This document shows, piece after piece, positions 52,709-61,606 of a stretch of 64,000 nucleotides of DNA (the first letter of the stretch is position 1; every line of letters begins with the position of its first letter). The notes under the pieces are model-generated. The model saw only the letters and a program-made list of their open reading frames with translations. It was not told where the DNA came from and searched no databases. Made by a program: the position numbers and the translations under genes. Origin of the DNA: Dehalococcoidia bacterium (GTDB taxonomy: Bacteria > Chloroflexota > Dehalococcoidia > Lucifugimonadales > UBA3495); NCBI GenBank assembly GCA_965220245.1, contig CBDCPI010000006.1, positions 201,876 to 265,875 of the forward strand, given 5' to 3'.

Positions 52709-53920
52709 CTAGGGAGCCTTCTGGAAGGGGTCGGTCAGCTCCAGTTCCTCGCCGATCTCCCGCAGGGCCGGCAGCACCTCTTGGCCCATCAGTTCCAAAC
52801 ACCGCATGGAGTCCTCGTGGCTGATGGTGCCGTCGTTGGTCCAAACCGCCAGAATACCGGGCCGCATTTGCGACAAAATCTCCCGAAGGTTATTGACCAC
52901 GGTATCGGGACTGCCGATGACCCAACGCTTCGACTCCAAGATTTGATCGTAGGCGGCCGTGTCCAAGCCCCCGACTCGGAACGGGTCGCTGCGTATCTGC
53001 TCCCTTAACCTGAGGTAACGGGGGTCCCGGCTGGCGCTGGCGTAGCCGACCGGAGACTGATAGTCTCGGGGCAGAGGGATTCGCCCCACGCCGATGTTCC
53101 CCTCCATATAGCCCTGGCCCACCTCTTGGGCCTTTTCATCGGTGTCCTGTACGTGGATCCTTACCAGATAGCCAAAATGCTCCGGCCCCGGCTCGTAGCC
53201 GTGGTTGCGGGCGGTCTCGGCATAAATGTCCATCATGTCCTGGGTGCCCTGATGGTCCGTCTCCAAGAAGAGGTACGGATAGCGGCGCTCGGCGCACCAG
53301 ACCAAGGTTTCCGGGCTGCCGGTGCCCGGTATCCAGACCGGAGGGTGGGGTTTTTGCAAGGGGACCTGGAAGGGGTTGACCACTCGGAATTGGTAATGCT
53401 TGCCCTCCCAGCGGAAAGGCCCCGGAGTGGTCCAAGTCTTGATGACCAGGTCATGGGCTTCCTCGAAGCGCTCCCGGTTGTGCAGCGGGTTGGTATTGGT
53501 GGCCAGGCTTTCCACCCCGGTGCCCCGCACAAAGCCCGACACCAAGCGGCCCCGGGAAATCATGTCGATCTCCGCCAACTCTTCGGCCAACCGTATGGGG
53601 TTGTCGAAGATGGGCAGCGGGTTGCCCAGAAGCACGATCTTGGGGTCTTTGGTGATACGGGCCAAGATGGCGGCTTCCAGGTTCATGGTCGCCCCAAGGC
53701 AGGTAGGGGTATTGTGGTGCTCGTTGAGCATCAGCCCGTCGAACCCCATCTCCTCGGAGTACTGGTACTCGTCGAGGTGCTCGTTGTACAAATCGGCCCC
53801 CACTTCGGGGTCGAAGTGGGAGTTGGAGAAGGTTAGCCTGACGGCGCTATTGGGGCTGTTCCTGACGTCCTCGGCCGTGTAGTTGACATAAGCCCGCTCG
53901 GTAAATCGCATTAAAAACAC
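52709..53920 (-). CDS. LLM-class flavin-dependent oxidoreductase
   Basis: 403 aa. EEMGFDGLMLNEHHNTP...PKIVLLGNPLPIFDNPIRLAEELAEIDMISRGRLVSGFVRG. Confidence 0.85.
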   Translation of the reverse strand: MFLMRFTERAYVNYTAEDVRNSPNSAVRLTFSNSHFDPEVGADLYNEHLDEYQYSEEMGFDGLMLNEHHNTPTCLGATMNLEAAILARITKDPKIVLLGNPLPIFDNPIRLAEELAEIDMISRGRLVSGFVRGTGVESLATNTNPLHNRERFEEAHDLVIKTWTTPGPFRWEGKHYQFRVVNPFQVPLQKPHPPVWIPGTGSPETLVWCAERRYPYLFLETDHQGTQDMMDIYAETARNHGYEPGPEHFGYLVRIHVQDTDEKAQEVGQGYMEGNIGVGRIPLPRDYQSPVGYASASRDPRYLRLREQIRSDPFRVGGLDTAAYDQILESKRWVIGSPDTVVNNLREILSQMRPGILAVWTNDGTISHEDSMRCLELMGQEVLPALREIGEELELTDPFQKAP

Positions 53921-54032
53921 GGTAGCCCTCCTGTTAGTGGCGGCGTTGCCCCATCCTAACCGGGCCGCTGGAGCAGGTCAAGCCAGATGTCCCTCTAGGC
54001 TAGGGCCTTACGCCACTCTCCCCGGACGTTCC

Positions 54033-54551
54033 CTTACAGGGGTAGGTATCCGCATTCTGTCGTTCCGGCGCAGGCCGGAACCCAGGGGCGGGGCCGGGCC
54101 TGCCCCGGATCAAGTCCGGGGCAGGCTCTAACGAATGCATACGAGGCGGACCCAGCAGTATGACGTACTCTTCCCGCAACCCGGAAAAAATTCCCTGCGT
54201 ATACCTCCTTGCCAGCAAGAGAAACGGGACGCTGTACACTGATGTTACCTCGGACCTGGCACAGCGTGTGTGGCAACACAAGAACGACTTCGTGGCAGGG
54301 TTTACCAGGCAGTACGGAGTCCACCGTCTCGTCTGGTATGAGACACATCCGGCCATGGAGAGCGCGATAGGACGGGAGAAGCAACTGAAGGGTTGGCACC
54401 GGAGTTGGAAGATTCGATTGATAAAGGAAGTGAACTACGACTGGGTTGACCTGTACCCGCAGATAGTCTGAATACTAGGAGGTGCGTCCCACCCACCTGG
54501 GTTCCGGCCTACGCCGGAACGACGGAGCAAGCAAATACCTGCCCCTGTAAG
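54033..54551 (+). mobile_element. TIR-bounded cassette carrying only a GIY-YIG nuclease gene
   Basis: Left end: CTTACAGGGGTAGGTATCCGCATTCTGTCGTTCCGGCGCAGGCCGGAACCCAGG. Reverse complement of the right end: CTTACAGGGGCAGGTATTTGCTTGCTCCGTCGTTCCGGCGTAGGCCGGAACCCAGG. The 10-bp direct repeat CCGGACGTTC lies at 54022-54031 and 54552-54561. Confidence 0.65.
54160..54471 (+). CDS. GIY-YIG nuclease-family protein (small stand-alone UPF0213/COG2827-like)
   Basis: 103 aa. VYLLASKRNGTLYTDVTSDLAQRVWQHK...GVHRLVWYE...AIGREKQLKGW matches the GIY-(10-11)-YIG/R/E core layout. Confidence 0.85.
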   Translation: MTYSSRNPEKIPCVYLLASKRNGTLYTDVTSDLAQRVWQHKNDFVAGFTRQYGVHRLVWYETHPAMESAIGREKQLKGWHRSWKIRLIKEVNYDWVDLYPQIV

Positions 54552-54637
54552 CCGGACGTTCTGGAGTAGACGCACCGAGGTATAATGGGGAACGGCCATA
54601 CAGTAGCGGATAGTCATTTGAAAGGATGAGGTGCAGC

Positions 54638-55198
54638 ATGGCGCGCATACCCACTTTGACTCGGGACCAAGTGCCGGAGGAGTTTCTGGAGGCATTCGAC
54701 CACGAAACAGCGGAGAGCGGTGGGGTGGTAGAGTCGGGGCCGGGCTCGGTAATGATCTACAGTCCGGAAATGCGCCGGCGGGCCAACCACCTGGTGGGCT
54801 ACTTTCGCCAAGTGACCGACCTGCCGCACCGGCTCCAAGAGCTGGCCATGTTGCTCACCGCCCGCCACCTGGACTGCCAATACATCTGGTATGCCCATTC
54901 GGTCCGGGGCCGACAGCAGGGCCTCAGTGACGAACTGGTTGACGCACTCCGGGACAAGAAACCCCTGCCCGGCCTGCCGCCGGATGAGGCTGCGTTGGTG
55001 GCCTACGCCACCGAGATGTTCAACGATCACCGGGTGAGTGAGGCGACCTTCCAGGCGGCTCTGGCCCAATTCGGCCCTCGTTGGCTCACCGAACTCTCCA
55101 CCATGATGGGCTACTACACCCTGCTGGCTTACAACGCCAACTTATTCGAAATCGACCTGCCTGAAGGCGGCTCGGAGCCGGTCCTCCCTATTTACTGA
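54638..55198 (+). CDS. Carboxymuconolactone decarboxylase (CMD/AhpD-like) family protein
   Basis: ATG at 54638 after GAGGTG. RLQELAMLLTARHLDCQYIWYAHSVRGRQQGLSDELVDAL is the typical CMD helix pair. The stop codon TGA at 55196-55198 lies inside the MITE terminus. Confidence 0.75.
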   Translation: MARIPTLTRDQVPEEFLEAFDHETAESGGVVESGPGSVMIYSPEMRRRANHLVGYFRQVTDLPHRLQELAMLLTARHLDCQYIWYAHSVRGRQQGLSDELVDALRDKKPLPGLPPDEAALVAYATEMFNDHRVSEATFQAALAQFGPRWLTELSTMMGYYTLLAYNANLFEIDLPEGGSEPVLPIY

Positions 55199-55359
55199 TA
55201 CGTGAACAAGTTTCTAAACTATCCTCTCCCCCGTCGTTCCGGCGAAGGCCGGAATCTAGGATCGTTCTCTGCCAGCTACGTTCTTTGTTCTCAGAATTTT
55301 GGATTCCGGCTCAAGGCCGGAAAGACGGACTGGTTTAGGTAATTGTTCACGCATCAGTA
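55193..55359. mobile_element. TA-flanked MITE (CTGATRCGTGAACAA...CTAAAC termini), copy 2
   Basis: Left terminus ctgatacgtgaacaagtttctaaac starts at 55195. The right terminus gtttaggtaattgttcacgcatcag ends at 55357. TA is on both flanks. The interior holds inverted hairpins gtcgttccggcgaaggccggaat and attccggctcaaggccggaaagacgg. Confidence 0.75.
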
Positions 55360-55510
55360 ATGCTCTTACCCATCTAATGATGGGGTCCGGCTGGCCTTGG
55401 TCTAGGTAGACAAGTCCTACTCCCGCAGCTACTATTCCCTCGTACCGCTCCCGCATCCAAAGTTAGGGTAAACCTGCCAAAACTGAGCGGCATGGTTGAG
55501 GGCGTAAGCG

Positions 55511-56470
55511 ATGACTTCAAATGGTAAAAGAGTAGGCGTGGTGGTGGTTGCCGCCGAAAGCAACCGGGCCGTGTCGATTGTAGAAGACTTGGAAGAGCGG
55601 GGTATTCCCGCCGCTTGGATGACCAGCGGCAGCGCCGGGGGAGCGGACAGCCTCAGTCTATTTGCAGTGGCCGCCGCCCGCACGCAGCAGATTATGCTGG
55701 GCACGGCGATTACCCAGACCTTTCCCCGCCATCCGATCGCGGTAGCCCAACAGGTGCTGGTGCTGGACCAACTGGCTCCCGGTCGGTTCCGGCTGGGCTT
55801 GGGCACCAGCGGCCGCGGCGGCATGGAGCAGACGTTGGGCGTCAATTTCCGGGCGCCCTTGACCCATTTGCGGGAGTATATTCAGATAGAAAAGGCGTTG
55901 CTCCAGCAAGGTTCGGTGGACTTCTCCGGACGCTACTATAACGCCCACACCAGCATCGGTTCCGCGGTGAATATTCCGGTCATGGGCGCCGCCCTCGGCC
56001 GGGATGCTTTCCGGCTTTGCGGGGCCGAGGCCGACGGCGCGATAAGTTGGGTGTGTCCGGGTGCTTATCTTCACGACGTGGCGCTGCCCGCCATGCGCGC
56101 GGGAGCGGAGGCGGCGCACCGCCCCGTGCCGCCGCTGATTGCCCACATCCCGGTATGCGTCCACGACGATGCAAATGAGGCGCGGGAAGCGGTGCGGCAG
56201 CAATTTGCCGGATTTGCCCGGGCCCCCTTTTACCAGAATATGTTCATCGCCGCTGGGTTCCCCGAGGTATCCCAAGGAACTTGGAGCGACGGGATGGTGG
56301 ACGCGGTGGCCGCTTGCGGTAGCGAGTCCCAAGTATCCGAGGGCTTGCAAAGGCTCTTCAGCTTGGGAGCGACCGAAATCATGGCCTCGCCGGTGGCGGC
56401 CGGGGACGACCGGGAGGCGTCCTTGGACCGTACCCTAGGGCTATTGGCCCAAGTAGCCGCAGCAGGCTAA
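55511..56470 (+). CDS. LLM-class F420-dependent oxidoreductase
   Basis: 319 aa. IMLGTAITQTFPRHPIAVAQQVLVLDQLAPGRFRLGLGTSG. Confidence 0.85.
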   Translation: MTSNGKRVGVVVVAAESNRAVSIVEDLEERGIPAAWMTSGSAGGADSLSLFAVAAARTQQIMLGTAITQTFPRHPIAVAQQVLVLDQLAPGRFRLGLGTSGRGGMEQTLGVNFRAPLTHLREYIQIEKALLQQGSVDFSGRYYNAHTSIGSAVNIPVMGAALGRDAFRLCGAEADGAISWVCPGAYLHDVALPAMRAGAEAAHRPVPPLIAHIPVCVHDDANEAREAVRQQFAGFARAPFYQNMFIAAGFPEVSQGTWSDGMVDAVAACGSESQVSEGLQRLFSLGATEIMASPVAAGDDREASLDRTLGLLAQVAAAG

Positions 56471-56525
56471 CCCCGGGTAGCGGACAGCTTTAAGAGCTAC
56501 CTAAACAAACAAGGAGGTCTCTCTC

Positions 56526-56915
56526 ATGGCTTTAACTTTGGCGGATGCGAACCGAATGGTCCAAGGAGCCGTAGCCAAGGCCGACGAACTGGGTGTCAAG
56601 CTGAGCATAGCGGTGTGCGACTCTGGTGGGAGCCTCTTGGCCTTTAACCGGATGGAGGGCGCCAGCGCGGTAAGCGCCACGGTGGCCCAAGGCAAGGCTG
56701 CCGCCTCTGCCGGATTTGGCCGGGCCAGCGGCTCATTGCAGGCCGACTCTCCCGTAATCCAAGCGGTGATCGCCGCCATGGGAGGCCGGATGCTCCCGGC
56801 CCAGGGCGCGGTGCCGGTGGTGAAAGACGGCGAGCTAGTGGGGGCCATCGGGGGTAGTGGCGCCACGGCCCAACAAGATGAGGACTGCGCTCAAGCCGGT
56901 TTAAGCGCCCTGTAA
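56526..56915 (+). CDS. GlcG/HbpS-like heme-binding protein (DUF336)
   Basis: 129 aa. LSIAVCDSGGSLLAFNRMEGA...AQGKAAASA...GAVPVVKDGELVGAIGGSG. Confidence 0.85.
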   Translation: MALTLADANRMVQGAVAKADELGVKLSIAVCDSGGSLLAFNRMEGASAVSATVAQGKAAASAGFGRASGSLQADSPVIQAVIAAMGGRMLPAQGAVPVVKDGELVGAIGGSGATAQQDEDCAQAGLSAL

Positions 56916-56944
56916 CCCGGCGCACGGGATACCCAGACGGCGGT

Positions 56945-57916
56945 TCAGTCCGTAAAGCCGGACTTCTCCCGCCACTTCAGGCAAGCGCTCAGGCCGGCCA
57001 AAATGTCGTGACTGGGCGCGTATCCTAAGTCGGCCATTAGCCGGGAGGAGTCCCGCAATGGTGCTTGCGCCAAGGCTAGCGACCCTTCTCCTTTGGCGTC
57101 GATCACTTGGAGCGATGGCCGCAACTCAGTTAGAGCGTTGACTACTTGCTCCAAGCTGGTGGGGCTGCCGGAGAGGTTGTACACGTCATGGGGCAAGGCG
57201 GGGGCGTCCAAAACGGTCTGGATGCCGGCGGACACGTCGCCTACGAAGGTGTAGTCTCGGGTATAGGTCCGGTCCTCGACAACGATGGGTTCCCCGCGGA
57301 CTACGTTGCCGGTCCACTGGTATAGCAACGACATCCGGGTGCGGTGACCGGTCGGCCGCTCCATGGGCCCGTAAGGGTAGCTCAGCCTAACGCTTGCGGT
57401 CTCAAACCCGTGCAGTTCACCATACCTTCGGGTCAGAAGCTCGCTGGTATGTTTGCTGATAGCGTAAAGGTTTCGAGGCTGTAGCGGAGCATCCTCATCA
57501 AGAAACGTCACACCCGGCGGCGGGTCCCCGTATACAGCCTCGGAACTCACGTAAAGGAATCGCTTGAGAGAAGTGCGGGCCGCTAGGTCCAAGAGGTTCG
57601 CCGTACCCTCGATGTTGATATTCACAATGTCCCGGCTTCTCTCGCTTTCCACATTGCCAGCGCGGCTGGGGGTAAGAACGGCGGCATGGACGATCTTGTC
57701 GACCGGGTTTAGTGCCGCTGCCTGCCGCAAGTCCTCTACATTGAGAATGTCGCCTTGGAAAAAGGTCACCTTATCTGCCCAAGGTCTCAGGTAGTCCCGA
57801 AGTAGGGAGTCGGCCGGGCTCAAATCGAAGCTGACCACCTCGTGGCCTCGTTCCGCTAGGCCCTTGACGATGTTGCTGCCGACAAATCCGGCTCCGCCGG
57901 TGACTAGAGTCGTCAT
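56945..57916 (-). CDS. NAD-dependent epimerase/dehydratase (extended SDR)
   Basis: Start MTTLVTGGAGFVGSNIV at 57916, with the YAISK catalytic Y-x3-K. Confidence 0.88.
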   Translation of the reverse strand: MTTLVTGGAGFVGSNIVKGLAERGHEVVSFDLSPADSLLRDYLRPWADKVTFFQGDILNVEDLRQAAALNPVDKIVHAAVLTPSRAGNVESERSRDIVNINIEGTANLLDLAARTSLKRFLYVSSEAVYGDPPPGVTFLDEDAPLQPRNLYAISKHTSELLTRRYGELHGFETASVRLSYPYGPMERPTGHRTRMSLLYQWTGNVVRGEPIVVEDRTYTRDYTFVGDVSAGIQTVLDAPALPHDVYNLSGSPTSLEQVVNALTELRPSLQVIDAKGEGSLALAQAPLRDSSRLMADLGYAPSHDILAGLSACLKWREKSGFTD

Positions 57917-57933
57917 AAAGCCTCGCTTTCTGA

Positions 57934-58845
57934 CTATGGGGCCGGCTTGGCCCTTAGAACCCGGTACCAATCAGGCAGCCGGTCCTCGCTGCCCGTCCAA
58001 GTACGCTGGCATTCGCAGTTGGCTTGGGCCGGAATGGCGCCGATGGCGTCTCTGACGATGGGAGCCAGTTCCTCCGGCGTGATATTCACCCAGTCCTTCT
58101 GGTCGCTGACCCCGGCGGCGTCGGATATCCAGCACAAGCCGGCGTAGCAGGTCTCCAATTCCCGGAAGTAGACCACCTCGGGATAGATGGTGGTGCATAC
58201 GACGTCGGCGCCCCAGCGGCGGTAGGCTTCTATCTCCGCCGGGGTCTCGTTGTGCGGCCCTTGGACGCAGATGTTGACCGCCCGGTCGATCACCCGGCGT
58301 TGGCTGTTACGACGGGCAGCGGCTACCAGACTCTCCCGCACCTCGGGGCAAAAGGGGACTTCCATCTTTGCCCTGGGCCAAGTTGGCTCACCGGCGAAAA
58401 TGGTTGTGGGAGTTCTCTCGCACATCCGGATGTAATCGTGGTAGGCCACTAGGTCACCGAGGTCCAAGTCGAGATTGACCCCGCCGAAGCCGTTTAGGGT
58501 AATGACCCGGCGCACCCCCAATTGCAGAAAGGCCAGGGCGTGGGCAGCATGAGACACCACGTCGGAAGCCAGGTTGTCCCCCCAGCCGAAGCGGCGTATG
58601 TACGCCACGCTACGGTCGCCAACTGCCCCGGTGAGCACCGGTACGTCACCGTAACGAGTGGCGACCGTGGACCGGTCTAGCGAGCCCTCCAAGATTGCCT
58701 CATATCTGGATGCTCCGAGAATGCCTATCACCCCAGCCCCCTCTTTAGGTTGTTCCCGGTTAGCCGTTGGAAGTTGGTCATTCACTATATAGGGCTGTAT
58801 AGTACTACATGCCGCAAATCCTATGACGAGGAATGAAATGGCCAC
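57934..58845 (-). CDS. Purine/MTA nucleoside phosphorylase-family (PNP_UDP_1) protein
   Basis: Conserved core VIGILGASRYE...VAYIRRFGWG...VITLNGFGGVN...ADVVCTTIYPEV. The start is uncertain. The ATG at 58845 adds a lipobox-like MAISFLVIGFAAC leader, whereas an in-frame GTG at 58731 preceded by GAGGGGG gives a conventional MIGILGAS N-terminus. Confidence 0.7.
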   Translation of the reverse strand: MAISFLVIGFAACSTIQPYIVNDQLPTANREQPKEGAGVIGILGASRYEAILEGSLDRSTVATRYGDVPVLTGAVGDRSVAYIRRFGWGDNLASDVVSHAAHALAFLQLGVRRVITLNGFGGVNLDLDLGDLVAYHDYIRMCERTPTTIFAGEPTWPRAKMEVPFCPEVRESLVAAARRNSQRRVIDRAVNICVQGPHNETPAEIEAYRRWGADVVCTTIYPEVVYFRELETCYAGLCWISDAAGVSDQKDWVNITPEELAPIVRDAIGAIPAQANCECQRTWTGSEDRLPDWYRVLRAKPAP

Positions 58846-58887
58846 AGGTTTCTCTAGGTCGGGAGTTTCCCGATTCGATGACCGGGA

Positions 58888-59042
58888 CCTAAACTAAAGC
58901 CAAGGTGAAATGTACATATCGCCAGAACGCCCTGTCGGTGCCCACCAGGTTGGGGCCTAAGGGTGATATGAGGTGCCGTAGAGTCCTTTCGATCCTCGTC
59001 AAAACCCCCGAAATGCACATCCCACCTTGGTATTGGTTTAGG
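58888..59042. mobile_element. 155-bp MITE-like element, copy 2; identical to 10687-10841
   Basis: 155/155 identity with copy 1 in the same orientation. It lies in the divergent region between the PNP-like gene and the formamidase gene. Confidence 0.75.
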
Positions 59043-59064
59043 AGCGCCCCGCGTCCGGTGCGAA

Positions 59065-60183
59065 GTGGGTAGGCCCCTCTCGGACCAACCGGATATCGGC
59101 CATAACCGGTGGCACCCGGACATTCCCCCTCTGATCGAGATTGAACCCGGCGGAGAGATGATCCTAGAGTCGCCGGGCTATGACGACTATCAACTCCGAG
59201 ATGACGATAGCACCGCCGATGTGTCCACCATGGACTTGACCCGGGTCCACCCGTTGGCGGGGCCGGTGGCGGTGCGCGGTGCGGAACCCGGCGATTTATT
59301 GGTGGTGGACCTCTTGGAGCTGTCACCCCTGAGCGGAGTGGGCTACTCCTGTGTCATTCCGGAAATCGGAGGCATTCTGCGAGACGTCTATCCCCAAGCC
59401 TATAAATCGGTCTGGTATATGCGGGGAAACGTCTACGCCGAGTCCCGGCACATACCGGGGGTGCGGATTCCGGCTTTGCCCCATCCGGGAGTGATCGGTG
59501 TGGCGCCGTCTCATCAGATGCTGGCCCGGTGGAACGAACGGGAAGCCCCGTTGGCCGCAGATGAACGGGCCTACCCGCCCCACGCGGAAACCGCGTTGTT
59601 CCGCGGCGTCGACGCCGCTAAACACGCGTCGATGGCGGCGGAGGCGGCTAGGACGGTGCCGCCAAGGGAAAACGGCGGCAACGTGGACATCAAGAATCTC
59701 TCCAGCGGCTCCAGAATATTTTTCCCGGTATTTGTGCCGGGAGCTTTGCTTTCCGTGGGCGACCTGCATTTTGCTGAAGGCGATGGCGAAGCCACTTGGA
59801 ACGCCATCGAGATGGACGGAGTGACCTGGCTGCGGGCGGGCCTCATCAAGGGCGGCGCCACGAAATACAATGTACGCACGCCCATGTTTCAACCGGGCCC
59901 GGTCGAACCCCGGTTTGGCAACCGGTACCTGACCTTCACCGGCTTCAACTTCCGGGATAGCCAGCAGGCGTTCAACGATTGCACCATGGCGGCCCGAGAA
60001 GCGATGCTGCAAGCCATTGACCACTTGACCAACTTCGGCTACAGCGGAGAACAGGCTTACACGCTATTGAGCGTTGCCCCGATAGAGCTCCGCATCAGTG
60101 GCATCACCGATGTGCCCAATGCTTGCGTTACCTTGTACCTGCCGCTGGACATTTTTGACCAAGGAATTTTGCCCAGCGAATAA
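59065..60183 (+). CDS. Acetamidase/formamidase (FmdA/AmdA)-family protein
   Basis: 372 aa. GHNRWHPDIPP...ENGGNVDIKNL...VGDLHFAEGDGE. The GTG start lies only 22 nt after the 155-bp element. The N-terminus looks about 10 aa shorter than in family members I remember. Confidence 0.85.
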   Translation: MGRPLSDQPDIGHNRWHPDIPPLIEIEPGGEMILESPGYDDYQLRDDDSTADVSTMDLTRVHPLAGPVAVRGAEPGDLLVVDLLELSPLSGVGYSCVIPEIGGILRDVYPQAYKSVWYMRGNVYAESRHIPGVRIPALPHPGVIGVAPSHQMLARWNEREAPLAADERAYPPHAETALFRGVDAAKHASMAAEAARTVPPRENGGNVDIKNLSSGSRIFFPVFVPGALLSVGDLHFAEGDGEATWNAIEMDGVTWLRAGLIKGGATKYNVRTPMFQPGPVEPRFGNRYLTFTGFNFRDSQQAFNDCTMAAREAMLQAIDHLTNFGYSGEQAYTLLSVAPIELRISGITDVPNACVTLYLPLDIFDQGILPSE

Positions 60184-60224
60184 GGCCCCAACGCGGCCGG
60201 CCAATCCGGTCCCTCTTGAACAAG

Positions 60225-60293
60225 TCCGCTCATCTTGAGCGAAGAACATTACCCCCGCTCATCCTGAGCGAAGCGCAGCGGAGTCGAAGGACC
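60225..60293. repeat. Hairpin REP-like repeats
   Basis: gtccgctcatcttgagcgaagaac and ccgctcatcctgagcgaagcgcagcggagtcgaagg. Confidence 0.75.
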
Positions 60294-60354
60294 CGGTCCG
60301 AGCCCAGCAGACCGGCGTAGCCTGAACAAGAATCATCGACGGAGAGGTGTAGCT

Positions 60355-61509
60355 ATGGCGGAAAGTCCGAAGAGTATCGTACAAGAAGCTATCGACGTCG
60401 CCATCGGAGAACGCGGCGAGATCGGCGTTCAGGTGGCGGCCTACTTGGACAGCGAATTGGTCATTGACCAGTGGGGTGGTCTGGCGGATGAGACCACCGG
60501 CCGGGAGGTCGATGGGGAAACCCTCTTCCCGGTGTTTTCCAACATCAAAGCAATGACGGCGACGGCCCTCCACCTACAGGCCGAGCGGGGGCTGGTGGAC
60601 TATTACCAGCCGGTGGCTAAATACTGGCCCGAATTCGGCAAGTATGGCAAAGACAAGGGGACGGTGTTCGATGCGTTGACCCACCGTATCGGGGTCCCCC
60701 TGATGCCCGTGGGAGTTACGCCGGAGCTGATGTGCGACTGGGACTGGATGGTGGGGCAGATCGCGGAAATGCACCCCCTCTTTGAGCCGGGCACCCGAAG
60801 CGGCTACATGGCCTACACTTTTGGCTGGGTTGTAGGCGAGGTAGTGCGCCGCACCGATCCAAAGCACCGGCCCTTTGGTCAGTTCATCCAAGAAGAGATC
60901 TGCCAACCCTTGGGCATCACTGGCCTGTGGGCCGGAATTCCCCCGGCGGTTGAGCCCCGGGTGGCTAAACTTACCGATTTGCCCCCGGTCCCTCCCGGCG
61001 CCCCGGGAATACCCCCGGACTCCCTAAGGTTCCGGGCATCTCCGCCAGTGGTTGGCACTAACCAGGAGGTGTTCGGCCGTTCTGACGTGCGCCAAGCCTG
61101 TATCCCCGGAGCCCAAGGGATCATGAACGCGCGAAGCCAAGCCCGGTTCTACGCCATGCTAGCCAATGGCGGCGAACTGGACGGCGTGCGCCTTCTTTCG
61201 GAAGACCGGGTGCGCACCTTCCATATACCCCGTCCCCCCAGTGATTACGATCCGGTGCATGGCAAACCCCATCACGGCACCATCGGAGGCTTCCACTTCG
61301 CGGGTAGTCCCGGAATGGGCGCTATGGGCAGTAATCCCTTGGCTTTCGGCCATAACGGCGCGGGAGGCTGTCTGGGCTGGGCCGATCCCCGGCATCGACT
61401 AGCGGTCGCTATCCAGCACAACCGCATGGTCCCCCACGGCCCGCCCGAAGAAAGCCCGCTGACGCCCATCGGCGGAGCGGTGCGACGGGCCCTGGGGATA
61501 CCGGAGTAG
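60355..61509 (+). CDS. Serine hydrolase of the beta-lactamase/esterase (class C-like) family
   Basis: 384 aa. S-x-x-K motif in FPVFSNIKAMTA, a later YMAY-type Tyr region, and HNGAGG near the C-terminus. Confidence 0.8.
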   Translation: MAESPKSIVQEAIDVAIGERGEIGVQVAAYLDSELVIDQWGGLADETTGREVDGETLFPVFSNIKAMTATALHLQAERGLVDYYQPVAKYWPEFGKYGKDKGTVFDALTHRIGVPLMPVGVTPELMCDWDWMVGQIAEMHPLFEPGTRSGYMAYTFGWVVGEVVRRTDPKHRPFGQFIQEEICQPLGITGLWAGIPPAVEPRVAKLTDLPPVPPGAPGIPPDSLRFRASPPVVGTNQEVFGRSDVRQACIPGAQGIMNARSQARFYAMLANGGELDGVRLLSEDRVRTFHIPRPPSDYDPVHGKPHHGTIGGFHFAGSPGMGAMGSNPLAFGHNGAGGCLGWADPRHRLAVAIQHNRMVPHGPPEESPLTPIGGAVRRALGIPE

Positions 61510-61606
61510 CCTGCTTGTGGTTACAAAGGCCAGCTTGAACGGGTAGACGCCGGAGTGCTATTATACTGTGCAGTTAGGGGTCTGTTTTATTTGAGGAGAA
61601 GGACGG

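Noticed and set aside
58732-58845. Lipoprotein-like signal (MAISFLVIGFAAC) on a purine/MTA nucleoside phosphorylase-family protein.
   Set aside because: An in-frame GTG at 58731 with a GAGGGGG RBS gives the canonical MIGILGAS N-terminus. The leader is more likely an over-extended ORF call than a secreted PNP.
1051-60293. Whether the recurring ~25-40 bp palindromic units could be a CRISPR array.
   Set aside because: The units are dispersed singly or in inverted pairs across the window. There is no regular repeat-spacer periodicity and there are no cas genes.
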